A stretch of 64,000 nucleotides of DNA, taken from the NCBI GenBank assembly GCA_028279595.1, contig JANQNK010000004.1:174993-238992 (forward strand). The letters are read 5' to 3'. A program made the translations under genes and the position numbers. Position 1 is the first letter of the stretch. Every line of letters begins with the position of its first letter. This DNA is from Thermoplasmatota archaeon. GTDB lineage: Archaea; Thermoplasmatota; JAKEGO01. Below the pieces are notes generated by a model. It was not told the DNA's origin. It made no database searches and was given only the letters and a program-made list of their open reading frames with translations. This document shows positions 29,492 through 38,716 of the stretch, one piece after another.

Positions 29492-32400
29492 CTAGAGGAC
29501 CTCGCAGAGCGCTCCCTTGATCAGGGAGAGTATCTGCTCGTCCTTGAACCCCTTCTGCTGTACGGCACCGGACCTGCATGTCGCGGCGCATACTCCGCAT
29601 CCCTTGCAGAGGGCCGTGGTGACGACTGCCTTCCCGTCCACGAGCTCGATGGCAAGATATGGACAGGCTGCCGCGCATAGGCCGCAGCCCGAGCAGAGCG
29701 CCTCGTTCACCGACGATACGGTCGCCTCGGTCTCGAACTTGTCGCTCGATATTATGGTGCAAGCCCTCGAGGCGGCCGCATAGGCCTGGGCGATCGCCTC
29801 CCCGATGAACTTCGGTGAATGGGCCATTCCAGCGAGGAAGACCCCCTCGGTGGAGAAGTCCACGGGCCTCAGTTTCACGTGCGCCTCGAGGAAGAAGCCG
29901 TCCTCGTTGAGCGGGACCTTCAGTAGCTTGCCGATGTCGGCGTTCCCGGGCTGCGGGATTATGGCCGGTGCGAGCACGACGAGATCGGCCTCGATCTCCA
30001 AGTCCATGTCGAGGATGTGGTCCCTGGTGCCGACGACCAGACCGTCCTTCCCCTTGGCGACGGTGGGCTTTCGGTCGAGGCTGTAACGTATGAATATGAC
30101 GCCTTCGGCGCGGGCCCTTTCGTAAAGGGTCTCCTTGAACCCGTACGTGCGCATGTCACGATATAGGACGTAGACGTTCGCGTCCGGATGCGCCTCCTTT
30201 ATCGCGAGCGCGTTCTTGACGGCGTCGGTGCAGCAGACGCGGCTGCAGTACGGCCTGTGCTCCTCCCTCGAGCCGACGCACTGGATCATCGCGATGGTCT
30301 TCCCGGACAGGTCGGCCCCTTCTGCCATCATTCCCTCGAGGTCGAGCTGGGTGACGACGCGCTCGTCCTCGCCGAACAGGTACTCCTCTGGCTTGGACTC
30401 GACCGCGCCGGTGGCGACTATGACAACGCCGTGCTCGATCTCGATCTGGTCGCTGTCCTGCTCCACGGTGGTCCGGTAGTTGCCGATGTATCCGTCGATA
30501 TCTATGATCTGCGAGTTACTATGTACTGTAATGAGCGGGTTGGAGTCTACCTTCCCGATGGTATCGCGGAGGAATCCTTGCACGTCCATCCCCTCGCTGG
30601 AGTGATGGATCCGGCGCATGACCCCGCCGAGTTCCGACTGTGCCTCGATCAGGTCCACCGGATATCCCTGCTCGGCGATGGCAAGGGCCGATATCATGCC
30701 GGACAATCCGCCGCCCACAACGAGGGCGGACTGCGTGATGTCCAGTTCGACCATCGGAAGAGGTTCGATTATCGAAGCCTTGGCGATGGCCATTCTGACC
30801 AGGTCCCTGGCCTTCTCGGTCGCCGTGGACCTGTCATCCATGTGGACCCACGAGCACTGGTCCCGGATGTTGGCCATCTCGAAGAGGTGGGCGTTGAGCC
30901 CGGCCTCGCGTATCGTGGCCTGGAAGAGCGGTTCGTGCGTCCTCGGCGTGCACGATGCGACGATGACGCGGTTAAGATGGTTCTCCTGGATGGTCTCGAC
31001 GAAGCGCTTCTGGGTGTCCTGGGAGCAGGTGTAGAGGTTGTCTTCGGCATAGACCACGCCGGGCAGCCCCCTTGCGTAGTCGACGAGGCCTGGTACGTCG
31101 ACGTAACCGCCGATGTTGATGCCGCAGTGGCAGATGAACACGCCGATCCGGGGGCCGACGCCCGTGACGTCCAGCTCGGGCGGGAGCGCCTTCCTCTCCA
31201 CCATTGTGTTCCTCGCCTCGGATATCAGGCCGCTGGCCTTCGCGGCGGCACCGGAGGCTTCCATGACCGTTTCCGGGATGTCCTTCGGACCGGAGAAAGC
31301 GCCGCAGACGAACACGCCGTCCCTGGACGTCTCGACGGGGCACTCCTCCTGGGTCTGGCAGAAGCCCCGCTCGTTGAGGTCGATCCCCATGCGGCCGGCC
31401 AGGTCGCGGGAGTCCTCCTTGGACGTGAACCCGACCGACAGGACGGCCATGTCGAACTCCTCCTCGATGAGCTGTCCGTCCTCGGTCTCGTACTGGATCG
31501 TCAGGTCGTGGGTCTCCGGGTCCTCCTTGATCTCCGATATCCTGCATCGCAGGAAGCGGACCCCGTACTCGTCCTTAGCCCGGTTGTAATATGATTCGAA
31601 GCCCTTGCCGAAGGTCCGCATGTCCATGAAGAAGATGGTCGGTTCTATTGACGGTACATGCTCCTTGGCTATGACGGCCTCCTTGATGGCGTACGTGCAG
31701 CAGACCGATGAACAGTAGTCAGCGCCGCAGCCCAGGTCCCTGGACCCGACGCACTGGACCCACGCGATCTTCTTCGGCTGCTTGCCGTCCGAGGCCCTCA
31801 GTACATGGCTCTTGTACGGGCCTGATGCGGAAAGTATGCGCTCGAACTCGATGCTCGAGACGACGTTGGGGAATCGGCCGTGACCGTACTCGCCCTTCTG
31901 GTCGGAGTCGAACTCCTCGAACCCGGGACAGAGTATGATCGATCCGACGTTGATCTCCGACAGTTCGTCCTTGTCGTCGTAGACGATGGCGTCGGCAAGG
32001 CAGAGGTTCTCGCATAGCCCGCAGCCGATGCACTTCTCCCTGTCGATGGCGAATGCCAGGGGCACCGCCTGGGGGTACATGAGATAGATCGCACGCCTTT
32101 CCGAAAGGCCCTCGTTGAAGACGGAGACGGCGTCGATGGGGCACTCCTTGGCGCAGACGCCGCATCCCGTGCACTTCTCGACGTCCACGTATCGCGCCTT
32201 CTTCCTGATCTTGACCTTGAAGTCACCGGCCTCGCCCTCGACGGACTCGACCTCGGAATATGTGATTAGTTCGATGTTGGGATGTCTTCCGACGTCCACG
32301 AGCTTTGGGGCCATGATGCACATGGAGCAGTCGTTCGTCGGGAACGTCTTGTCCAGCTGGGCCATCGTCCCGCCGATCCCCGGCGATGAGTCGAGGAGAT

Positions 32401-32500
32401 AGACCTTGAAACCCGAGTTGGCCAGGTCGAGGGACGACTGCATCCCGGCGATCCCGCCTCCGACCACGAGAACGGCTCCGACCTTGTTCTCGGCCGTCAT
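29492..32500 (-). CDS. hdrA: Double-length heterodisulfide reductase subunit A (paralog 2)
   Basis: MTAENKVGAVLVVGGGIAG, LDKTFPTNDC, QCVGSR..CSSVCC..K, PRIGVFICHCG, QCVGSR..CSRVCC..K, EAHVKLRP. Confidence 0.93.
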   Translation of the reverse strand: MTAENKVGAVLVVGGGIAGMQSSLDLANSGFKVYLLDSSPGIGGTMAQLDKTFPTNDCSMCIMAPKLVDVGRHPNIELITYSEVESVEGEAGDFKVKIRKKARYVDVEKCTGCGVCAKECPIDAVSVFNEGLSERRAIYLMYPQAVPLAFAIDREKCIGCGLCENLCLADAIVYDDKDELSEINVGSIILCPGFEEFDSDQKGEYGHGRFPNVVSSIEFERILSASGPYKSHVLRASDGKQPKKIAWVQCVGSRDLGCGADYCSSVCCTYAIKEAVIAKEHVPSIEPTIFFMDMRTFGKGFESYYNRAKDEYGVRFLRCRISEIKEDPETHDLTIQYETEDGQLIEEEFDMAVLSVGFTSKEDSRDLAGRMGIDLNERGFCQTQEECPVETSRDGVFVCGAFSGPKDIPETVMEASGAAAKASGLISEARNTMVERKALPPELDVTGVGPRIGVFICHCGINIGGYVDVPGLVDYARGLPGVVYAEDNLYTCSQDTQKRFVETIQENHLNRVIVASCTPRTHEPLFQATIREAGLNAHLFEMANIRDQCSWVHMDDRSTATEKARDLVRMAIAKASIIEPLPMVELDITQSALVVGGGLSGMISALAIAEQGYPVDLIEAQSELGGVMRRIHHSSEGMDVQGFLRDTIGKVDSNPLITVHSNSQIIDIDGYIGNYRTTVEQDSDQIEIEHGVVIVATGAVESKPEEYLFGEDERVVTQLDLEGMMAEGADLSGKTIAMIQCVGSREEHRPYCSRVCCTDAVKNALAIKEAHPDANVYVLYRDMRTYGFKETLYERARAEGVIFIRYSLDRKPTVAKGKDGLVVGTRDHILDMDLEIEADLVVLAPAIIPQPGNADIGKLLKVPLNEDGFFLEAHVKLRPVDFSTEGVFLAGMAHSPKFIGEAIAQAYAAASRACTIISSDKFETEATVSSVNEALCSGCGLCAAACPYLAIELVDGKAVVTTALCKGCGVCAATCRSGAVQQKGFKDEQILSLIKGALCEVL

Positions 32501-33261
32501 TCCGACACCTCCCCGACGAGTATGTAGCGTGGGTCGTCGTCCACGATGTCCATCATGTGGACCTGTCCGGCGTTCTCGAGGTCGATCATGTACTTGAAGA
32601 CCGTCGCCGTGTCCATCTCGACCGCTTCGGCGATCGATGGGACCGTCGCGGGCGATCCGGCCCTGATGGCGGACCGTATCAGTTCCCGGTTGTACTCGTT
32701 CACTATATTGTTCCACAGGATGTCCTTCAGTTCGGCCTCGTCGAGCTTGTCGCCGTAGACGTTGCCGTGGTCGACCATGTCCCGCTCCTTGCCGACGAGC
32801 CATCGGATGCGGTCCATCGAGGCGATCTTCTCACCGACCGCTGCCTTCGGTCCGGCGTCAGCCGCGTCGAGCGGTCCGAGCTCCCGGATGCGCTCGGTGA
32901 AGTCCGTGATGACCTCGCCGAACCTCTGGCCCTCGGCGGCCGAGACCCAGTCGAGGAGCAAACGGTCGGGGTCGATGCCGACCTTCTCCATGACGCGGAA
33001 GGTCAGGTCCATCTTCCTCTCGGCCTGGTAGTTGCCTGTGAGGTAATGGCAGTCGCCCGGATGGCAGCCGAGGACCGCGACGCCGTCCATACCGTTCCTG
33101 AACGCCTCGAGTACGTGGAGCGGGTCCACCCGGCCGGAGCACATGACGCGGATGACCCGCATGTTCGGAGGGTACTGGACCCGCGAGACACCGGCGAGGT
33201 CCGCGCCCGCGTAGGCGCACCAGTTGCAGAGGAATCCGAGGAGCTTGGGTTCGTAGGCCAT
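32497..33261 (-). CDS. mvhD: MvhD-like [2Fe-2S] subunit with C-terminal winged-helix-like extension
   Basis: [30 protein letters not shown]; ~120 extra aa ending TVPSIAEAVEMDTATVFKYMIDLENAGQV. Confidence 0.85.
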   Translation of the reverse strand: MAYEPKLLGFLCNWCAYAGADLAGVSRVQYPPNMRVIRVMCSGRVDPLHVLEAFRNGMDGVAVLGCHPGDCHYLTGNYQAERKMDLTFRVMEKVGIDPDRLLLDWVSAAEGQRFGEVITDFTERIRELGPLDAADAGPKAAVGEKIASMDRIRWLVGKERDMVDHGNVYGDKLDEAELKDILWNNIVNEYNRELIRSAIRAGSPATVPSIAEAVEMDTATVFKYMIDLENAGQVHMMDIVDDDPRYILVGEVSE

Positions 33262-36200
33262 CAGGCCACCCCCCTGTAGGCCTCGATCTGGGCCGTGATC
33301 TCCTCGTTCGTGAAATGCTTCATGGTGATGGCCAGCTTCGGACAGCTTGCTCCGCAGACGCCGCAGCCCTTGCACGATGCGGGGATGACCTGAGCCTTGC
33401 GTCCGCCCTCCTTCAGAACTAGCTCCATGGCCTTGAAGGGACAGTTGGTGACGCACAGACCGCAGCCGATGCACATCTCCTCGGTGATATCGGCAATGGC
33501 GGGATTGACCCTGACCTCGCCCTTGGCGAGCAGTGTCGAAGCCCTTGCGGCCGCAGCGTACGCCTGTGCAATGGACTCTTCCATCGTCTTCGGGGAGTGT
33601 GCCATGCCGGCGAGGAAGACGCCGTCCGTGGCGAAATCGACAGGACGCAGCTTGACATGCGCCTCGAGGAAGAAACCGTCCTCGTTGAGGGGGACCTTGA
33701 GCATCTTCGCCAGGTCGACCCTGTCGGGGCGCGGCTCGATGGCCGGTGCCAGTGCTACTATGTCCGCCTCTATGAAGAGCTCTTCGCCGAGTATCTTCTC
33801 CTTGACCTTGACCGTCAGCGCATCGCCGTCAGTGTCCACGGCGGGCTTGCCGTCCAGGTCGAACCGGACGAACACGACGCCGAGCTCCCTTGCGCGGCCG
33901 TAGTGGCTCTCCTTCAATCCATACGTGCGCATGTCCCTGTAGAGGATGTAGACCTGTGCCGATGGGTCAGTTTCCTTGATCCTGATGGCGTTCTTGATGG
34001 CGTCCGAGCAGCAGACGCGGCTGCAGTACGTGTGGCTCTCGTCCCTTGAACCGACGCACTGGATCATGGCGACGGTCCTCCCGACCGGTTCGCCCTCAGC
34101 GATCCGTCGCTCCAGCTCCGTCTGTGAGATGACGCGCTCGTCCTCGCCGAAGAGGTACTCCGCAGGTGCCGATTCGACCGCGCCTGTCGCGACGATTATC
34201 GCACCATGCTCGACCCTCTCCGGGCCGTCCGGCGTGTCTATGACCGACTCGAAGTTGCCGACGAAGCCGCCGATCTCCGAGACCTTCGCGTTGAGGTGGA
34301 CATCGATGATGTCGCTCTCCCCGATCCGGTCCACGAGCGAGCCCAGGTATTCCTGGACGTTGTCATTGTCAAGTGTGTAATGTATGTTCCTCATGTTCCC
34401 GCCGAGAGCGTCCTCCTGTTCGACGAGTGATACTCCGAAGCCCTGGTCCGCAAGGGCGAGGGCAGCGGTCATTCCCGCAAGTCCGCCGCCGATCACGAGG
34501 CCGTGCTGGATGACGTCCAGTGAGAGTTCCTCGAGGGGTTCGATGTGCGCCGCCCGAGCGACGGACATCCGGACTAGGTCCTGCGCCTTCTCGGTCGCGG
34601 TGGCCTTGTCGTCCATGTGGACCCACGAGCACTGGTCCCGGATGTTGGCCATCTCGAAGAGGTGGGCGTTCAGACCTGCCTCCCGAAGCGTCTCCTGGAA
34701 TAGGGGTTCGTGCGTCCTTGGAGTGCACGAGGCAACGAGCACGCGGTTCAGCCCATGCTCCTTGATCCGGTCGATGAGCGTGTGCTGTGCGTCCTGGCTG
34801 CAGGAGTAGATGTTCTCCTCGGCGTGGACGACGTTCGGCAGTCCCCTGGCGTACTCCACGACCGCGGGCACGTCGACGTAGGCACCGATGTTGATGCCGC
34901 AATGACATACGTAGACGCCGATCCGCGGCTCCTCGCCGGAGACGTCGCGCTCGGGGACGAACTCGCGCTCCTCGACGAGAGTCCCGCGTCCGGACGATAT
35001 CATCGCGCCAGCCTTCGCGGCCGCGCCGGAGGCCTCCATCACGGTCTCCGGGATGTCCTTCGGACCGGAGAATGCGCCGCAGACGAAGACGCCTGGTACG
35101 TCGGTCTCCATGGGCCTCGTCTCCTCGGTCTCGCAGAAACCGAAGTCGTCCAGGGATATGCCGGCCGTCTCGGCGAGGTCCTTGACGCCCTCGCCCGGCT
35201 CCAGGCCGATGGAAAGGACGACCATGTCGAAGGTCTCCTCCCTCAATGCCCCTTCCTCGCTCTCGTACCTTATCCTGAGGTCCTTCCCGGGGGTCTCCTG
35301 GACCTCCGAGATCCTGGACCTTATGAATCGGATGCCATGCTGGTCCTCGGCGCGGTTGAGATAGGACTCGAAACCCTTGCCGTGGGTGCGCATGTCCATG
35401 TAGAAGATGGTCGGCTCGACGGAACCGGAGTGCTCCTTGGCGATTATGGCCTCCTTGATGGAGTAGGTGCAGCAGACGGAAGAGCAGTACTCGTTCCCGC
35501 ATGACCTGTCCCTGGACCCGACGCAGTTGATCCAGGCGATCCTTTTCGGCTCCTTCCCGTCGGACGGCCTGAGCACGTGACCTTCGTACGGACCGGAGGC
35601 AGAAAGTATCCGCTCGAACTCGAGGGACGTCACGACGTTGTCGAAGCGGCCGTAGCCGTATTCGCCCTTCGCCTCTGCGTGGAAACCCTCGAACCCGGGC
35701 GCCATGACGATCGACCCTACCTCGACGGTGCGTTCGATATCCTGCATGTCGAAATCGATTGCGTTAGCGGGGCAGGCCTCGACGCACTTCATGGCGCACT
35801 TGCCGGTCTTGACCTGGAGGCAGTTGACGGGATCGACGACGTACCGGAGCGGTACGGCCTGGGGATATGGGATGTAGATCGCGCTCCTCTCCTTCAGCTC
35901 CTCGTCGAACTCGTTCCTGAGACGCCCCTTGAGGACGCATGCCTCGGCGCAGAGGTTGCATCCGACGCAGGCCTCGGTTACGCGGCGTGCTCTTTCGGTG
36001 ATCTTGACGGTGAAGTCGCCCGCCTTTCCGTCGATCGCAGTGACCGACGAGTTCGTCATCAATTCTATGTTCGGGTGCCTGCCGACGTCCACGAGCTTCG
36101 GCGACAGGATGCAGAGGGAACAGTCATTGGTTGGAAATGTCTTGTCGAGCTGTGCCATCGCCCCGCCTATCGCGGGCTTGTCCTCCACCATGTAGACCTT

Positions 36201-36287
36201 GAAGCCGGCGTCGGCCAGGTCGAGTGCGGACTGGATGCCACCAATGCCGCCCCCGACTACCAGCACAGCGCCGACCGGGTCGCTCAT
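33261..36287 (-). CDS. hdrA: Double-length heterodisulfide reductase subunit A (paralog 1)
   Basis: Same two-FAD-domain motif set as paralog 2; translationally coupled to hdrB and mvhD. Confidence 0.93.
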   Translation of the reverse strand: MSDPVGAVLVVGGGIGGIQSALDLADAGFKVYMVEDKPAIGGAMAQLDKTFPTNDCSLCILSPKLVDVGRHPNIELMTNSSVTAIDGKAGDFTVKITERARRVTEACVGCNLCAEACVLKGRLRNEFDEELKERSAIYIPYPQAVPLRYVVDPVNCLQVKTGKCAMKCVEACPANAIDFDMQDIERTVEVGSIVMAPGFEGFHAEAKGEYGYGRFDNVVTSLEFERILSASGPYEGHVLRPSDGKEPKRIAWINCVGSRDRSCGNEYCSSVCCTYSIKEAIIAKEHSGSVEPTIFYMDMRTHGKGFESYLNRAEDQHGIRFIRSRISEVQETPGKDLRIRYESEEGALREETFDMVVLSIGLEPGEGVKDLAETAGISLDDFGFCETEETRPMETDVPGVFVCGAFSGPKDIPETVMEASGAAAKAGAMISSGRGTLVEEREFVPERDVSGEEPRIGVYVCHCGINIGAYVDVPAVVEYARGLPNVVHAEENIYSCSQDAQHTLIDRIKEHGLNRVLVASCTPRTHEPLFQETLREAGLNAHLFEMANIRDQCSWVHMDDKATATEKAQDLVRMSVARAAHIEPLEELSLDVIQHGLVIGGGLAGMTAALALADQGFGVSLVEQEDALGGNMRNIHYTLDNDNVQEYLGSLVDRIGESDIIDVHLNAKVSEIGGFVGNFESVIDTPDGPERVEHGAIIVATGAVESAPAEYLFGEDERVISQTELERRIAEGEPVGRTVAMIQCVGSRDESHTYCSRVCCSDAIKNAIRIKETDPSAQVYILYRDMRTYGLKESHYGRARELGVVFVRFDLDGKPAVDTDGDALTVKVKEKILGEELFIEADIVALAPAIEPRPDRVDLAKMLKVPLNEDGFFLEAHVKLRPVDFATDGVFLAGMAHSPKTMEESIAQAYAAAARASTLLAKGEVRVNPAIADITEEMCIGCGLCVTNCPFKAMELVLKEGGRKAQVIPASCKGCGVCGASCPKLAITMKHFTNEEITAQIEAYRGVA

Positions 36288-37171
36288 GCCGCCTCCTCTC
36301 CCTCCTCGAGTTTCGCCAGGAGGTCCTTGGCCTTGACCTTGTTGAGCCTGAATCCCAGCTGTTTCTTGTCCATTCCGTAAGCGAGGCCCAGCAGCTGGGG
36401 GTAGTAGAGGACCGGCAGGCCGTACTCCGTCTCGTACTTCTGCTCGATCTTCTTCTGATTGTCCTCGTACATGACGGTACAGAAGGGACAGACCGTGATG
36501 AGCCCGTCAACCGGGTTCGCCGTGATGTGATCGAGCTTCTTCTTCGCCATCTGGAGGGCGATGTCCTCCTCCACGCCGAGGATGGCCCCTCCGCAGCATT
36601 CGAGCTTGTCCTGGTAGTCGACGGACTTCGCTCCGGCGGCCTCGATGAGCTCGTCGATCGTCCGCGGGTCCTCGGCGTCGTCGAAGCAGTGCACTTCAGC
36701 AGGCCTGAGGTAGTGGCACCCGTAATGGACCGAGAACGAGAAGTCGCTCATGTCCCGTGTGATGGGGTCCTTGATCTTCTCAAGACCTATATCCTCGTAG
36801 AGCATCCTCGAGAAGTGCTTGATCTTCGTCCCTGGCTTGAACTCGCAACCCACGTCCTTCAGGTCCTCGTTGACCTTGGCGCGCAGTTCGGAGTCCTCCG
36901 AGAGGATGTGGTTAGCCTCGGCAAGTACGCCGGTGCAGGCGTTGCAGAGGGTCACGATATCGACGCCCTCCTTCTGGGCCTGACATATGTTCCTGGCAGC
37001 GAGGGCCAGAGTGCTCCTGGCACTCGTCGATTTCACGGGATATCCGCAGCACGAGAAACCGTCCATGTCGACGAGCTCGATGCCGAGCTTCTCGGCGACT
37101 GCGCGGGCGGAGAGTTCGTAGTTCTGACCCCTTACGGGGATCGTGCAGCCTAGGAAGAGTGCGTACTTCAT
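36284..37171 (-). CDS. hdrB: Heterodisulfide reductase subunit B, copy 1
   Basis: FLGCTIP, FSCCG, LCNAC, HYGCHYLRP, ECCGG, CPFC. Confidence 0.93.
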   Translation of the reverse strand: MKYALFLGCTIPVRGQNYELSARAVAEKLGIELVDMDGFSCCGYPVKSTSARSTLALAARNICQAQKEGVDIVTLCNACTGVLAEANHILSEDSELRAKVNEDLKDVGCEFKPGTKIKHFSRMLYEDIGLEKIKDPITRDMSDFSFSVHYGCHYLRPAEVHCFDDAEDPRTIDELIEAAGAKSVDYQDKLECCGGAILGVEEDIALQMAKKKLDHITANPVDGLITVCPFCTVMYEDNQKKIEQKYETEYGLPVLYYPQLLGLAYGMDKKQLGFRLNKVKAKDLLAKLEEGEEAA

Positions 37172-37656
37172 TCACACACCTCCGCGATGGCCGGGTCCTT
37201 GACGACCTTCCTGACCTCGTCGATGGTCTTCTGGACGGGGGGCAGGCCCATCTTCTCGCGCTTCTTGTTGTCGAAGTCCTCGACCTCGTAGAGACGGCCG
37301 AACTCGAGCACGAGCCGCGCCTGCTCCTTGAAGGAGGGATGCATGTATCCCTCCCGTACGGCGATGTTCTTCAATGCCGTCATGATGTCGGTGAGGTGTA
37401 CGTCCTGGGGACACCTGTCGTAACAGGTATAGCATGTGGAACAGAGCCATATGAACTCGCTCGACAGTACCTCTTCCCTCATTCCAAGAAGGACCATCCT
37501 GATGATCTTGCGGGGATTGTACTTGTCGTCGATCTCGCGGACGGGGCATCCTGCCGTGCAGGTTCCGCACGCGAAGCAGCGGGATATCTCCCATCCACCG
37601 AGTTCCTTCGAGACCTCGTCCTTGAAGTTCGGATCAAGCTCGCTGGTCCTTATCAT
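37168..37656 (-). CDS. hdrC: Heterodisulfide reductase subunit C, copy 1
   Basis: CFACGTCTAGCP, IWLCSTCYTCYDRCPQ. Confidence 0.93.
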   Translation of the reverse strand: MIRTSELDPNFKDEVSKELGGWEISRCFACGTCTAGCPVREIDDKYNPRKIIRMVLLGMREEVLSSEFIWLCSTCYTCYDRCPQDVHLTDIMTALKNIAVREGYMHPSFKEQARLVLEFGRLYEVEDFDNKKREKMGLPPVQKTIDEVRKVVKDPAIAEVCE

Positions 37657-37657
37657 C

Positions 37658-38707
37658 TCACTTTGCCTCCATGACCGCTTTTGTGATGTCCCTGGGCTCG
37701 ACGCCTGGCGTCTGGACCTCGGACTCCTCGTAGAACTCCTCGATCGCGTTCACGACCTCGGACTCGTCCCTCTGGGTGTCGGCCAGGCTCGCCTCGAGAC
37801 CGGCCAGTTCCTTCTTCGGAAGGAGCGTGAAGTCGCCGGAGATGCCGATGTCGGCGATGCGGGCCTCGACCACCTCCTGCTGCGTCCTTATCAGGCCGCC
37901 CTGGGCCTTGTACATGCCGTAGAGTATCTCCACGCCTTCCTTGATCTTGACCCCGCTGGGGACCTTCGGGGTCTTCCTGTACTTGAACTCGGGTGAATCG
38001 AACCAGACCGCCAGTTCCTCCATCTTCGCGACCACGTCGTCGCTCAGGGTCAGCGGGGTCAGCTTTCCGAGGAGGTCCTCGTATCGGCTATGGAGCACGC
38101 CGGTGAGCTCCTCCCTCGGGGGGAGCCTTCCGAGTTCCTTCTTCATTGTGGTGACGTTCTCCTCCATCGTCTTGAAGACCTTGTCCCTGAACTTCTCGTC
38201 GGGGACCTTGATCGCATGGGCCATCGCGTTGAAGTCGAAGTCCATGATGAGCGAACCGACGAAGACCATCGAATCGTCTATGTCCGCGCCGCCGAGACCC
38301 GCGATCTTGCGGCCCTCGGTCGTGATTATGTCGTTGACCTCGCGGAACTTGGTCTGGATGCCGTACTCCTCGTAGGTCTCGATCGGCGGGATCGACAGCT
38401 GCTGGTAGATCTCCTTGACGCTCTTGGGGAACGCCGGATTGTCCTGGTTCCAGATTATATGGTAGAATATCTGGTCCCTGTCGAGGTAGACCGTGCCCCC
38501 GCCGACCTCCCTGCGGATTATCGGGAGACCCGCTTTTTCGCAGTAGGCGGTGTCAACCTCCTTCTCTAGGTCCTGGAAGTATCCCACGCTGATGAACGGG
38601 GTCTCGGGGGACACCGTCACCATCGCCTCCACGCCCATCCGGGCGAGGGTGTGGAATATCAACATCGACTGTTTCCATGGGCGCACACCGAGATCGAGCA
38701 GGTACAC
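37658..38707 (-). CDS. lplA: Lipoate:protein ligase, catalytic plus C-terminal accessory domain (Lpl(AB))
   Basis: SVGYFQ, RREVGGGTVYLD, NDI...RKIAG, C-terminal KAQGGLIR..ISGDF; GTG start. Confidence 0.92.
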   Translation of the reverse strand: MYLLDLGVRPWKQSMLIFHTLARMGVEAMVTVSPETPFISVGYFQDLEKEVDTAYCEKAGLPIIRREVGGGTVYLDRDQIFYHIIWNQDNPAFPKSVKEIYQQLSIPPIETYEEYGIQTKFREVNDIITTEGRKIAGLGGADIDDSMVFVGSLIMDFDFNAMAHAIKVPDEKFRDKVFKTMEENVTTMKKELGRLPPREELTGVLHSRYEDLLGKLTPLTLSDDVVAKMEELAVWFDSPEFKYRKTPKVPSGVKIKEGVEILYGMYKAQGGLIRTQQEVVEARIADIGISGDFTLLPKKELAGLEASLADTQRDESEVVNAIEEFYEESEVQTPGVEPRDITKAVMEAK

Positions 38708-38716
38708 ATGATCACC

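Noticed and set aside
19068-36287. Selenocysteine recoding in HdrA/MvhD
   Set aside because: All frames are open with Cys or Ala at the usual Sec positions; no in-frame TGA is needed.
16143-37656. Methanogenesis or a hydrogenase-linked Mvh-Hdr complex
   Set aside because: No mcr, mtr, mvhA/G or NiFe motifs in the window; MvhD is followed by Flx-type subunits.
28846-38707. Canonical sulfur-oxidising sHdr locus
   Set aside because: Gene order, double-length HdrA and MvhD/Flx partners do not match shdrC1B1AHC2B2; no tusA, dsrE or lipS genes are seen.
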